30,849 bases of DNA from an uncultured bacterium (GTDB lineage: Bacteria; Caldisericota; Caldisericia; B22-G15), in contig CBFDTJ010000010.1 of NCBI GenBank assembly GCA_965612865.1, positions 1 to 30,849 on the forward strand. The letters run 5' to 3'. This document shows positions 11,201-19,705 of the stretch, piece by piece. The position numbers and the translations under genes are program-made. How positions within the stretch are numbered: position 1 is the stretch's first letter; each line of letters opens with the position of its first letter. The notes under the pieces were generated by a model. That model did not search any database. It saw nothing but the letters and a program-made list of their open reading frames with translations, and was not told the origin of the DNA.

Positions 11201-12944
11201 TACTACATCTCCCATAGTTAATCAATCTTCCAGCACAATAACAATTAAAACACCGGTTCCTATACCAGCTGAGACCACAGCCAAGATTGAAATATCAGCC
11301 AATGCTGGGATTGTTAATCCATCTGTTGCAGGAACTTATTCTATAGAGGTAACAACCCTTAAAGAAACAACTCCTGCATCGTTTTCCTTCACTCTTTCAC
11401 CTCCACCGCCAATACAGAATGTGGAGGTTCAGGTTAAACCACAGAGTGCAGGAAAGGAGGCAGAATATACTATAAACTTCAGAATTTCTATGAATCTTTT
11501 AGAAGGAGATAGGATTTATATTAAATTCCCCAACGGAACATACCTTCCATCGGTGATTCAACCAGCAGCTATTGAAATCTCTGGTTTTCCAATTTATCAT
11601 GAACCTCTCGTAATTGGAAGATTACTTGTAATAATTCTATCTGCACCTTTGCCTAAAGGTGATGCATATATATCTATAAGTAAAAGCGCAGGAATAAGGA
11701 ATCCAGAGATACCCGATAAGTATATACTCTATCTCTATACTTCAAAGGATCTGACAGAAGTTCCATCTTCACCATATGAAATTGTCTCAACTCCAGTAAC
11801 GGTTATACATGTTAACCCACCTGCTCCTGATGGAATAAATGGATGGTATGTAACAAAACCAAGAATTACCTTTGAGGCAAGAGGTGAGGGTGAAGTTGAA
11901 ACATACTACTGGTGGGATGATGAAGCACCAAGCTTGTATATAGGAGAGATAACTGCTCCAGAGGGAGAACATATACTCCATTACTACTCAAAGAGCAAAG
12001 GTGTTGACAATGCTGAACCTGTAAGAACTAAATCCTTTAAAGTTGATTCCACACCTCCAAAGATAACTATTCTTGAACCTCAGAAAGAATATACAAACAA
12101 AGAGAATCTAATCATTTCAGGAATTACCGAACCAGGAATACTTGTTGCATGTTCTGGTTCCAGAACAACATCCAATTCAAAGGGGCAATTTACCCTTAAA
12201 GTGAAGTTGTCTCAGGGTCTTAATACCCTCAAAGTTCAAGCTATTGATTCTGCAGGAAACACAGGTGAAGTTACAATTAAGATAACCCTTGATACAGCAC
12301 CTCCATACCTAAAACTTGATCCATCCTTAAAGAAATGGATGGAGGTTTATGAACCTACTATAACTATAAAGGGAGAAGTGGAGGTTGGTGCAGTCCTTAC
12401 TATAAATGGCCAACCTGTGAATGTAAATCCTGATGGCACGTTCTCATACACAGTGACTCTTATGGAGGGGAACAATTCAATTCATATTACAGCCACAGAC
12501 AAAGCTGGAAATTCCACCGATATATATCTCCCAATAAAATATATAAAGAGAACCATTGTTAAGATAAAGATTGGATCAAGAACTGTATATGTTAATGATG
12601 AACCTCATGAAATTGAAGCAGCGCCATGGATCGATAAAGAATCTGGAAGAGCTATGGTTCCATTAAGGATAATAGCGGAGGCTTTTGGTGCCACTGTTGA
12701 GTATAGATATGTTTCCTATGGAGATGAGAGAGTTTCTATAATATTTAATATGAAGAGGATAGATTTAAGAATTGGAAGTAAAATTGCATACATTGATGGT
12801 TTTCCTGTAACTCTTGATGTTGCTCCAGTGATTATCAATGGCAGAACCTTTGTTCCAATAAGATTTGTAATGGAGACATTCGGCGCAAAAGTTGATTGGG
12901 ATCCATTTACAAGGGAGATTATAATTACTTATCCTGCTCCATAA
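5202..12944 (+). CDS. Giant secreted repetitive Ig-like surface protein (adhesin/envelope-like), stalk-domain C-terminus, 2580 aa
   Basis: SD AGGAGGT at 5188-5194; signal peptide. About 15 tandem ~100-aa repeats (HF-x-F..I.SPQTAG.PF.VTI.A.D..GN...F.G.V.L...W.G.VTL...SN.F.V), then a KLVF...FYYKD module, a GSG...PQ...G.V module, two FP/GI-x-NP repeats, PDGINGWY, two Ig modules and a stalk domain (RAMVPLRIIAEAFGA / RTFVPIRFVMETFGAKVDWD). Confidence 0.88.
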   Translation: MKKGREILLTIVILSLLFVWVPKVYGGPATHFQVIVPSTAKIGVPFNITIKALDANGLIDAGYTGTVNLTVNSSVGLTISASTPALPYTFVAADAGVKTFQITLSGSNISTPWNTATITAQDTGTPSINGISSGFQVTGGVPDHFKIDLSSTNITAGDSITFTVTVQDANNNTVGDYNQTVIFTSSDPQAVFSPSTYTFIPADNGIHTFVNGVTLKTAGSQTITVSDSSVSSTSATITVGFSTLHHFNITASTLTPTAGATFDITVTAVDEYNNTITNYLGTVHFTTTDPNTSVSLPPDSSLPGGTNTFVGGVILCTAGPQTIYVEDTSNSLIKGSLTLNVQPEPLASCSFQFDPIGPQTRGNPFSVTIKVVDSFGNVNQSFSGIGFNADLTSSAGTVTPSTVGPFLNGVWSGNITLDTASNTMTITASDPGLTVGNGTSNTFTVSDPDPASFVFDPIPDQSIGNPFQITVKAVDGSGRIVASWSGNVKLFVSTSGGTVTPNIINLTNGIWTGNITLSNADSGVKLYANYYYGEYIYNSANATVDAGDTRLTPVRNYGTNTLVNASDSDAVDALALISFAATEKHAENIVSNGVYDNGEYIYDDVDGDNLVSVGDKRLTYVGNYRYGTVVQSGDSDIGTALISFGATELHTDHVVTNTTYDSLYGESNVFAVSTSAVDHFEFTTIPSPQTAGVPFTVTIYAKDSAGRTVTSFNEQVTLSSSPAMGVSTNPSPVVFVNGVWTGSVTLNTPSTAVKLIATYGSATGESNTFALQGTLNHFSFSYIPSPQKVGQAFYVEITARDGNENIVTNFLGNVNLTLNPAGPVSPSTVGPFVNGKWSGYITVNASFSSVQIIATDAGGSGMTGASNAFSVLGPLDHFHFSSIGPQASGVPFHIRIEAHDMDHNLIYDLNTTLTLTSSVGNIIPGTVTMTNGVFEGDVTIDTPTPDVFITATAEGKSGNSNHFSVSAGLHHFTFDPVASPQTAGTQFWVKIYAKDHLDNVIPNFSATVSLSATVPTNYVIEPTSVTFQNGMWQGYVTLYKAGTNVQLRADFASKYGLSNTFNVIPGPLHHFEVTSNDPDLVTGEYRPIGPQTAGCVFNPGAHPENALRVTAVDQWGNTVTTYTGTIHFTSTDGAAVLPPDYTFVLANNGSTTWSGVTMNTPGIHTITVYDTSNPGVSGTSEPFSVASPVLDHFDFDPIGPQTINNSFNVTIYAKDPNGYILSAYDDGDTWGVMGVATCDTILSASSGNINGGATYTTPTFTLGKITVSVILDTPSPNMKIKAEKPAFSVSSLSDPFTCASNVLHHFQFEMIPNQTAGVPFQITITARDIAGSLITIWNGVANLSASTGPGTITPTSTTAFTDGRWTGAVTLNTPNPSVQIFAEDPSTHKMGMSNIFSVYGALDHFVFDTISSPQTAGESFTIKMYAKDSLGYTIPNFSDQVNLSVNLGTITPTVTSYFSGGVWIGEVVLTGAGDNIKITAEKNGHTGDSNLFTVLPGPVHTFEFTTIGPQTVDIPFTVTITAKDEFGNVCTNFNGGATLSAVNSTVIEPTSITFTSGVWTGDVKLGEAGTDVQLKVTLTTPSVESLSNTFSVAKGLDHFLISTIGNQSKGVPFEITITAQDEDGATFTSFTGTVDVTCSLGVGSILPVSLGPFVNGSFTGEITITKPGENVTITVTDPVTGKTGTSNAFNVVGDKLVFKSSPQVVNLEEKSQPIIIGLQSPDGNPLVASEDITINLTTTSSTGEFSIDGATWGVNTITFPSGSNEASFYYKDSTPGAWDITVSSENYESATQRITVTGTNANGSGSVTMTPDSALTGDVVNITFTFTATYNLSGGAVKLTVPVGFPNPQITQPQGNGFVSVIPENGVSLGTINVSANSLIINIQTMASGKRITIKYQNVTVPNVPNVYTFSFMTMGAGGTFVPIATQPQFTVERGFSLEILSLSVEPLSAGVNASFSLVIRVGTRGALDVSDDINIKFPTGTQIPASIPSGMIKINDTELTTSPIVNQSSSTITIKTPVPIPAETTAKIEISANAGIVNPSVAGTYSIEVTTLKETTPASFSFTLSPPPPIQNVEVQVKPQSAGKEAEYTINFRISMNLLEGDRIYIKFPNGTYLPSVIQPAAIEISGFPIYHEPLVIGRLLVIILSAPLPKGDAYISISKSAGIRNPEIPDKYILYLYTSKDLTEVPSSPYEIVSTPVTVIHVNPPAPDGINGWYVTKPRITFEARGEGEVETYYWWDDEAPSLYIGEITAPEGEHILHYYSKSKGVDNAEPVRTKSFKVDSTPPKITILEPQKEYTNKENLIISGITEPGILVACSGSRTTSNSKGQFTLKVKLSQGLNTLKVQAIDSAGNTGEVTIKITLDTAPPYLKLDPSLKKWMEVYEPTITIKGEVEVGAVLTINGQPVNVNPDGTFSYTVTLMEGNNSIHITATDKAGNSTDIYLPIKYIKRTIVKIKIGSRTVYVNDEPHEIEAAPWIDKESGRAMVPLRIIAEAFGATVEYRYVSYGDERVSIIFNMKRIDLRIGSKIAYIDGFPVTLDVAPVIINGRTFVPIRFVMETFGAKVDWDPFTREIIITYPAP
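5280..10277 (+). repeat. About 15 degenerate protein-level tandem repeats (~100 aa) in the 2580-aa gene
   Basis: Units begin PATHF, VPDHF, TLHHF, ASCSF, DPASF, AVDHF, TLNHF, PLDHF, GLHHF, PLHHF, VLDHF, VLHHF, ALDHF, PVHTF, GLDHF; most end in S-N/D/E-x-F-x-V. Boundaries approximate. Confidence 0.8.
6798..7187 (+). repeat. Two 65-aa tandem repeats (GEYIY...GDxRLT...D-S-D...ALISF-x-ATE-x-H) inserted in repeat 5
   Basis: Unit 1 starts at 6798 and unit 2 at 6993 (195-nt period). Unit 2 contains DDVDGDNLVSVGD. Confidence 0.8.
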
Positions 12945-12997
12945 TGAATTTAATTAGAGAGATTTATATATAAATAAAAGGATAAGGAGGTCTTTTT

Positions 12998-15900
12998 ATG
13001 AAGAAACTTAAAATTGGTCTGGCTGTAATTCTGGGGCTAATAATTTCTATGGGGTTTCCTGCCACATTTGCATTAAATTTGTATGGTTCTGGTACATGTA
13101 CAGTTACCCCTACTTCAGTTGTAGCAGGATCTACGGGAAATAATTTTACGTTTACATTTACTGCCAGCGAGAATATGGATAGTGGAGAAATATCAATTAC
13201 AGTACCTTCTGCTTTCAGCGCTCCACAGAATAGTACTCCAGCAGGAGCAGGATATGTAACTATTAACGCTGGTTCCAGCGGTGTCGCAGGTGATCTTCTT
13301 GATAACTTAAATTCTATTTCTGGATGGTATCCTTCAGATTCAGATCTTACAATCTCTTCTGATTCTTCTGTGAAAAAAGAGGGATATTCAATGAGAATAA
13401 CTATTGACGATGCAGCCTCAGGTGGTGAATATGTGTATTTTAATTACTTCTCGTCCAGAGATTGGAGTGCTTACACAGCTATAGGTTTTTGGATTCACAC
13501 ATCTAAAAATACCTCTTCAGGAGATATACAATTTCTATTATCTGAAAATGCCAATCTTTCAAGTCCATCAGAAACTATAGATCTTCCGGCTCTTTCAGCC
13601 AATGTATGGTATTTTATAAGATTATCTTTTACAGGTGCTGGAACTACAAGAGATGCAGTTTTATCTTATGGGTTCAAATATAATAATGACTTCTTTGGAA
13701 CATCTACTGGATATATAAGATTTGATGAGATTTTCCTTGCTCCTGCCCAAAAACCTGTTATAAGTGGTTCTGATATTAAAATAAGACTTTTTTCCATGCT
13801 CATTAATGACACTATTGTCATAGATTACCAAAATGTTACAGCACCTTCATCTGCTGGAACATATACATTTACAACAAAGTCAAGATCCTCATCTTCAGCC
13901 ACTCTTTCTACAATATCTTCTTCCCCTACAGTTACGGTTCAACAGCAGGTTGCAACAAAACTTGTATTCACAACAGGGCATGCACCAGGTGATTTTTCTC
14001 CAATAACTGCAGGAAACTGGACAACTGGTTATATAGAGATTCAGAGACAGGATTCATCTGGGAATCCTGTAACTTCTGGTTCTCTAACTGTGAATCTTTC
14101 TACCAGTTCTCCGTATGGAAAGGGAAAATTTGCTCTTGCTGTAGGTGGAGATGCAATAACATCTGTAACAATTCCTGATGGTAGCAGTTCTGCCAGTTTC
14201 TACTATTATGATGAATCTGCAGGTACCTGGTCTATAACTGCTTCAGCATCGGGTTTAACTCCTGCAAGTGATTCAATAACGGTGAATCCAGGGCCTCTTT
14301 CGCAAATGGTTATAACACTTCCTGGTGAGACTTTTGAAGCTGGTAATGGAAATACAGGTACTCCAGATACTCAAACAGCGGGGACTTCCTTTAATATAAC
14401 AGTTAGAGCCTGCGATCAATACTTTAATGTAGTTTCAACTTATACAGGTAACCATACTCTTACATTCAGTGGTCCGGGTGCAGCACCTGATGGTACAAAT
14501 CCTTCATTTGATGGAGACAATACTGCTCCATATCAATCCACCGTGAATTTCACCAACGGTGTATCCGATACCATAACAGTAATATTGTATAAAGCCGAGA
14601 CTGTAGCAATTCATGTTGAGGATGATAGTGGTCCCCCTGCGTATGTTGGTGATTCTTCTAATTTAACAGTTGAGCCTACAGGTCTTGATCACTTTACTCT
14701 AATTTTTCCTTTGACCACTACAAAAATAGCAGGAGAAAGTTTTGTCCTTGAAATTTATCCTGAAGATACATATGATAATCCAGTGAAATTTACAGGCACT
14801 GTTGATTTAATCCTCACAGATTCTGTTGGAAATGCAATTTTACCTCCACCAGATCCACTTATATCTCCATCTTCAGTTTCCTTTAATAACGAAACCATGA
14901 AGTCAGTTGATATTACAGTGTATCGCTCCAACCATGGGTATGGTGGTGGATTCATGATAAAGGCTGAAAATCATGATGGAGTAGAGGTTGGATATACTAC
15001 TGCCTTTACAGTAAGGCACAATGAACTTCATCACTTTAGATTTGAGACAATCTCTTCACCTCAACTTCAAGGCATAGCATTTAATATAATAGTCTGGGCA
15101 GAGGATCAGTGGGGTAATCCAATGGATGATGTTGCAGGAGCTACACCTTATACAGGAACTGTTGATTTAACATGTTCTCTTGGTGTAGGTTCTGTCACAC
15201 CCACAACCTTAGACTTTAACGATGCCACTCCAAGCGACGGAGAACATCAAGAGAGTATAACAATAAATTATCCAGGAACAAATGTAACCCTTACAGTCAC
15301 TGATTCAACCTTAGGGATTACAGGGACATCAAACTCTTTCCCTGTTTATGGAGATCTTGACCATTATGATTTTGATTTAATAGGACCGCAAATAGCAGGC
15401 ACTACCTTTTCAATAAGAGTTTACGCTAAAGATATGGTTGGGAATACATTGACAAATAATGCCACACCTATAAATCTTGCAGCTGAAGCTCAAGATGGAA
15501 CTACTATGACAATAACTCCAAACAATGTAACACCTACAAATGGAGTATGGGAGGGTAATGTTATCGTAACTCCTCCAAACCCCAGTGTTAGAATAAAAGC
15601 AAGTGATGGAGCTGGACATGAAGGATACTCTAATTGGTTTACTCTGGCTGCAAATCAACCAGCTTTCTTCATCTTTGATCCAATCCCATCTCCTCAAATT
15701 GCGGAGCAATCTTTCCCTGTTCACATAACGGCGGTGGATGTTTATGGATCAAAGGTTATAAACTTTAACTCAGCTGTAAATCTCTCTGCATCCACTGGTC
15801 CAGGTACAGTTTCTCCCTCAACCATTGTGTTCGTCAATGGTGAATGGAGTGGAAATGTAACTTTGTATCTTCCAAATCCAGCAGTAACACTTACGGTTTA

Positions 15901-18900
15901 CGATCCAATATCTGGAGCAACAGGTGTTTCAAACACATTCCAGGTAACTGGAGGAGTTGAAAGTTTTGTCTTTTCATCTATACCCTCTCCTCAATACAAA
16001 AATGAGAATTTCTTTATAACGGTAACTGCTGTAGATATAAATGGAGATATGGTTACAGGATTTAATGGGACTGTAAATCTCTCTTCAAGTGCTGGCACAA
16101 TTACACCATCTACAGTCACATTTACATCTGGTATGTGGAGCGGTAATGTAAAGATAAATGGTGAAGGTCAAAATATCAGAATTACAGCTATGTATTCTGG
16201 AAAAGTGGGAGTTTCAGATCCATTCACAGTATTACCTTTCTCTCAGCTTGTATTTGAGCCAGCTATTTCGTCCCCGCAGTATGTAGACACTGCATTTACC
16301 ATTACTGTTAAGGCAAAAACCCCTTCGGGTTCTGTTGCTTCATGGAACGGGACGGTTTCTCTCTCCTGCTCTCTGGGTAACGATAAAATTGATAAGACGA
16401 GTCTCACCATTACAAACGGGACTGGTTCTACTGATATAAAAATATTCCAGAGAGCTACAAGTGTTACTTTAACTGCAACAGCGACAGTCTATGGAACAAC
16501 AATTTCGGGAACATCCAATCCATTTGAGGTAAAGGAAGGAAACAAGCTTGTGTTTATTACTGAAGAGCAAATTGTGCCTATTGATACCTCTTCTTCAGAA
16601 ATAACTGTACAGGTGCAGGATCAGGATGGAAATCCTGTAAGTATGGCAACGGATACTGTAGTAACGCTTACTTCTAATTCTCCAACAGGAAGATTCTCAA
16701 AGGATAAATCTACATGGAGTACCTCAAATTCTTATACAGTAACAATCCATTCTGGTGAAAATCAAGTTACCTTCTATTACAAAGATACATCACCTGGTGT
16801 TCATACTCTTACCGCTTCAGCTACTGGATTAAGGACAGGTACTCAGGATATAAGAATATCAGTGGATGGAAGTGGCGAATGTACCCTTACTCCAGATACA
16901 GTTTTCGTGAGAGAGACAGGCAAAGACTTTACATTGATATTTAAGTCTAAAGCAAGCATGGACGGAGGAGAAGTTCAGATCGTGGTGCCCTCTCAGTTCT
17001 CTGAACCACAAAAGACATCTCCAGGAGGTGAAGGTTATGTTACTGTCACCTCTGGAACAGGTGTGACCATTGGAACGTGGACTATTTCCGGTTATACGAT
17101 TAACATTCCAATTAATATAATGCCAAAGGATAGACAGATTACTATAAAGTATAATAATGTCTCCTGTCCAGATGTAACTGGTGATTATGTATTTGATGTT
17201 AAAACTCGTGGACCTGAAGGTAGTTTTGCATCCATTGAAAATCCTCCAAAAGTTACTGTAACTCAAACCTCTGTATCTGATGTAAAGGTTTCTCTCTCTC
17301 CCACTTCTGCTGGAGCCATTGGTGAGTATACAATAACATTTAAAACTTCTCCAGTGGGACATCTTGTTATGGGGGCAGACCAGATAAATATTAAATTCCC
17401 ATCAGGAACAGAAGTACCTGGAGTTATTGATGCTTCAGCTATTACAGTTAACACAATTAACCCCACATCACCACCAGCTATCGATCCTAACAAGAGAGAG
17501 GTCACAATAATAACACCTGTTGATATTGGTGATAATTCTGAAGTAGTTGTTAAATTCTTACCTATAGCCAAAATAAAGAATCCTACTGCGACAGGCTCTA
17601 ACTATCAGGTAGAAGTCTGGACAACAAATGATCCTGTAAAGAAGCTATCTGCCCAGTACAACATAACTGCAAGAACTGGAGTTATGAATGGAAGAGTAAC
17701 TCTTGATCCTCCAAGGGCAAACTCAACTTCAAACATAACCATTTCCTTCAAGATAAGCAACCCTCTTGCTAAAAATGCTCATACGATAACACTTATATTC
17801 CCCTCAGGTTTTGATGTACCTCCATCTATTGGAGCTTCCCTTATAACTGTTGGAGGAAGTCCTCTCTTAGATGATCCAGATGTAAATTCAGGTACAAGAA
17901 CAATAACTTTTGTTACACCAAGGGATTTCTCAAGCGGTGCCAATGTTGAGGTTATAATAAGTAAGGATGCAGGCATCGTTAATCCGGCAAAAGCAGGCAA
18001 ATATAAATTAACTATATATACCTCCCAGGATAATCAACCAGTGGATACGGCACCATTTGACATAATAAAGGAATCACAGATAAAAGATGTGCTTGCCTCA
18101 GTTGACCCACCAACTGTGGGTAAGGTAGCAAGATGGGAGATAACTTTCAAGACTGGTACTCTTGGAGGAATATCCACTGGTGGAAAGATATGGATAGAGT
18201 TTCCAAATGGAACTGTTGTTCCTGGTTCAATACCCAACGGGACAGTTACTGTAGACGGAGTAACAGCAGTTACTCAAAGGGTTCTTTCTTTAAAGATAGA
18301 GATTACTTCTCCAAAGGATATACTTCCTAATTCTACAGTTAAAATTGTGATAACAAAGGATGCAGGCATTAAGAATCCAACCTCTCCTTCCTCCACCTAT
18401 AAGGTTAAAGTTTCTACAACAGCAGAGAAAACACCAGTTGAATCTGCTCCATTTACTATCTACCAACCACCAGTTTCCTCTCTAAAGATAGAGCCTGATA
18501 AACCAGACGGACTTTCAGGTTTCTACATAACAAAACCAACCATAACCTTATCTGCTTCAAGTAACTACGATCCTTCTCCGAGGATATATTATCACTGGGA
18601 TACAGCAAAAGATGTTCCATACACAGGTCCCATTACTCCTCCTGAAGGTGTACATAAACTTTATTACCACGCAGAGGATAGGTTTGGAAATATAGAGGAT
18701 GAGCATGTAAGAGAGTTTAAAGTAGATACAAAACCTCCTGTTATAGATCTTATTCAGCCTGAAGATGGAAGCTTTGTAAAGGATAAGCAGGTGAAGGTGA
18801 TAATTTCATCTCCTGAGGACCTGCTTGATGCAAAGATAAATGGAAAGAAGATGATAAAAGGAGCTCAGGGAAGATGGAGTTTAACAGTTGCCCTTAAGGA

Positions 18901-19660
18901 AGGAGAAAACAATTTTGTGATTAAAGCAAGAGATCTGGCAGGAAATGAAGCTGAAATTTCATTCACCGTTTATCTTGATACCACACCGCCAACTGTAAAA
19001 ATTATTTCACCGAAGATGGGTGGACTTGTAACTACAAGAAGCACTACTGTAATAGGAGAAACGGATCCGAACTCAAAGGTTCATATAAAGGTTAGTGCAA
19101 TAACAGGAATTATTTATGAAGATGACACATTTGCAGATAACCAAGGGAAATTCCAGTTTACTCTGACAAAACTTCCTCCAGGATTTATAGGAATTACTGC
19201 AACAGCGGTAGATCCAGCTGGAAATGAGGGCAAAGTGGTATCCAACTTTATACATAAGGAGACGATACTTTTGTGGATAGGCAAGCCTGAAGCAATGATA
19301 GATAACGAGAAGACGTATGTTGATCCAGATAATAAGAATGTTGTTCCATTTATACTGCCACCAGGTAGAACTATGGTTCCAATTAGATTCATTTCTGAAG
19401 CGTTTGGAGCAAAAGTACTCTGGGACAATGCCACAAGAACAGTTACGATAATCTGGGGCTCAACCACTATAAAATTAACAATTGGAGTGTATACAGCAAA
19501 GATTAATGATAAAGACGTAAAACTGGATGCACCTCCAATAATTAGAGAGGGTAGAACTTTTGTTCCAATTAGATTTATATCTGAAGCATTTGGTGCACAG
19601 GTTCTTTGGGACGGTACAGAGAGAAAAGTAACTATTATATATCCACCTTCAGGGAGCTAG
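12998..19660 (+). CDS. Giant secreted repetitive Ig-like surface protein with putative carbohydrate-binding insert and stalk-domain C-terminus, 2220 aa
   Basis: SD AAGGAGGT; signal peptide ...FPATFA. GSG module interrupted by a CBM-like segment, KLVF module, about 7 HF/SPQ repeats, second KLVF and GSG modules, three FP/I-x-NP repeats, PDGLSGFY, two DT-K/T-PP Ig modules and a stalk domain (GRTMVPIRFISEAFGA / GRTFVPIRFISEAFGA). Confidence 0.88.
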   Translation: MKKLKIGLAVILGLIISMGFPATFALNLYGSGTCTVTPTSVVAGSTGNNFTFTFTASENMDSGEISITVPSAFSAPQNSTPAGAGYVTINAGSSGVAGDLLDNLNSISGWYPSDSDLTISSDSSVKKEGYSMRITIDDAASGGEYVYFNYFSSRDWSAYTAIGFWIHTSKNTSSGDIQFLLSENANLSSPSETIDLPALSANVWYFIRLSFTGAGTTRDAVLSYGFKYNNDFFGTSTGYIRFDEIFLAPAQKPVISGSDIKIRLFSMLINDTIVIDYQNVTAPSSAGTYTFTTKSRSSSSATLSTISSSPTVTVQQQVATKLVFTTGHAPGDFSPITAGNWTTGYIEIQRQDSSGNPVTSGSLTVNLSTSSPYGKGKFALAVGGDAITSVTIPDGSSSASFYYYDESAGTWSITASASGLTPASDSITVNPGPLSQMVITLPGETFEAGNGNTGTPDTQTAGTSFNITVRACDQYFNVVSTYTGNHTLTFSGPGAAPDGTNPSFDGDNTAPYQSTVNFTNGVSDTITVILYKAETVAIHVEDDSGPPAYVGDSSNLTVEPTGLDHFTLIFPLTTTKIAGESFVLEIYPEDTYDNPVKFTGTVDLILTDSVGNAILPPPDPLISPSSVSFNNETMKSVDITVYRSNHGYGGGFMIKAENHDGVEVGYTTAFTVRHNELHHFRFETISSPQLQGIAFNIIVWAEDQWGNPMDDVAGATPYTGTVDLTCSLGVGSVTPTTLDFNDATPSDGEHQESITINYPGTNVTLTVTDSTLGITGTSNSFPVYGDLDHYDFDLIGPQIAGTTFSIRVYAKDMVGNTLTNNATPINLAAEAQDGTTMTITPNNVTPTNGVWEGNVIVTPPNPSVRIKASDGAGHEGYSNWFTLAANQPAFFIFDPIPSPQIAEQSFPVHITAVDVYGSKVINFNSAVNLSASTGPGTVSPSTIVFVNGEWSGNVTLYLPNPAVTLTVYDPISGATGVSNTFQVTGGVESFVFSSIPSPQYKNENFFITVTAVDINGDMVTGFNGTVNLSSSAGTITPSTVTFTSGMWSGNVKINGEGQNIRITAMYSGKVGVSDPFTVLPFSQLVFEPAISSPQYVDTAFTITVKAKTPSGSVASWNGTVSLSCSLGNDKIDKTSLTITNGTGSTDIKIFQRATSVTLTATATVYGTTISGTSNPFEVKEGNKLVFITEEQIVPIDTSSSEITVQVQDQDGNPVSMATDTVVTLTSNSPTGRFSKDKSTWSTSNSYTVTIHSGENQVTFYYKDTSPGVHTLTASATGLRTGTQDIRISVDGSGECTLTPDTVFVRETGKDFTLIFKSKASMDGGEVQIVVPSQFSEPQKTSPGGEGYVTVTSGTGVTIGTWTISGYTINIPINIMPKDRQITIKYNNVSCPDVTGDYVFDVKTRGPEGSFASIENPPKVTVTQTSVSDVKVSLSPTSAGAIGEYTITFKTSPVGHLVMGADQINIKFPSGTEVPGVIDASAITVNTINPTSPPAIDPNKREVTIITPVDIGDNSEVVVKFLPIAKIKNPTATGSNYQVEVWTTNDPVKKLSAQYNITARTGVMNGRVTLDPPRANSTSNITISFKISNPLAKNAHTITLIFPSGFDVPPSIGASLITVGGSPLLDDPDVNSGTRTITFVTPRDFSSGANVEVIISKDAGIVNPAKAGKYKLTIYTSQDNQPVDTAPFDIIKESQIKDVLASVDPPTVGKVARWEITFKTGTLGGISTGGKIWIEFPNGTVVPGSIPNGTVTVDGVTAVTQRVLSLKIEITSPKDILPNSTVKIVITKDAGIKNPTSPSSTYKVKVSTTAEKTPVESAPFTIYQPPVSSLKIEPDKPDGLSGFYITKPTITLSASSNYDPSPRIYYHWDTAKDVPYTGPITPPEGVHKLYYHAEDRFGNIEDEHVREFKVDTKPPVIDLIQPEDGSFVKDKQVKVIISSPEDLLDAKINGKKMIKGAQGRWSLTVALKEGENNFVIKARDLAGNEAEISFTVYLDTTPPTVKIISPKMGGLVTTRSTTVIGETDPNSKVHIKVSAITGIIYEDDTFADNQGKFQFTLTKLPPGFIGITATAVDPAGNEGKVVSNFIHKETILLWIGKPEAMIDNEKTYVDPDNKNVVPFILPPGRTMVPIRFISEAFGAKVLWDNATRTVTIIWGSTTIKLTIGVYTAKINDKDVKLDAPPIIREGRTFVPIRFISEAFGAQVLWDGTERKVTIIYPPSGS

Positions 19661-19678
19661 GGTTACACCCTGCTCCCT
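19651..19678 (+). terminator. GC-rich stem-loop spanning the stop codon, without a U-tract (weak terminator or mRNA-stabilising hairpin)
   Basis: AGGGAGC-t-AGGGT-tac-ACCCT-GCTCCCT: 12 bp with one bulged base, followed by ctatattg. Confidence 0.5.
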
Positions 19679-19705
19679 CTATATTGATTGAATCAAGGAG
19701 GAAAC

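Noticed and set aside
12944..12973. Mini-ORF MNLIREIYI starting in TAATG after the 2580-aa gene
   Set aside because: More simply tandem stops TAA TGA; no SD and no coupling to the next gene.
19364..19612. Near-duplicate GRTxVPIRFISEAFGA segments (possible DGR template/variable repeat pair)
   Set aside because: Normal internal duplication of the stalk domain; differences are mostly synonymous and not adenine-specific, and no reverse transcriptase is present.
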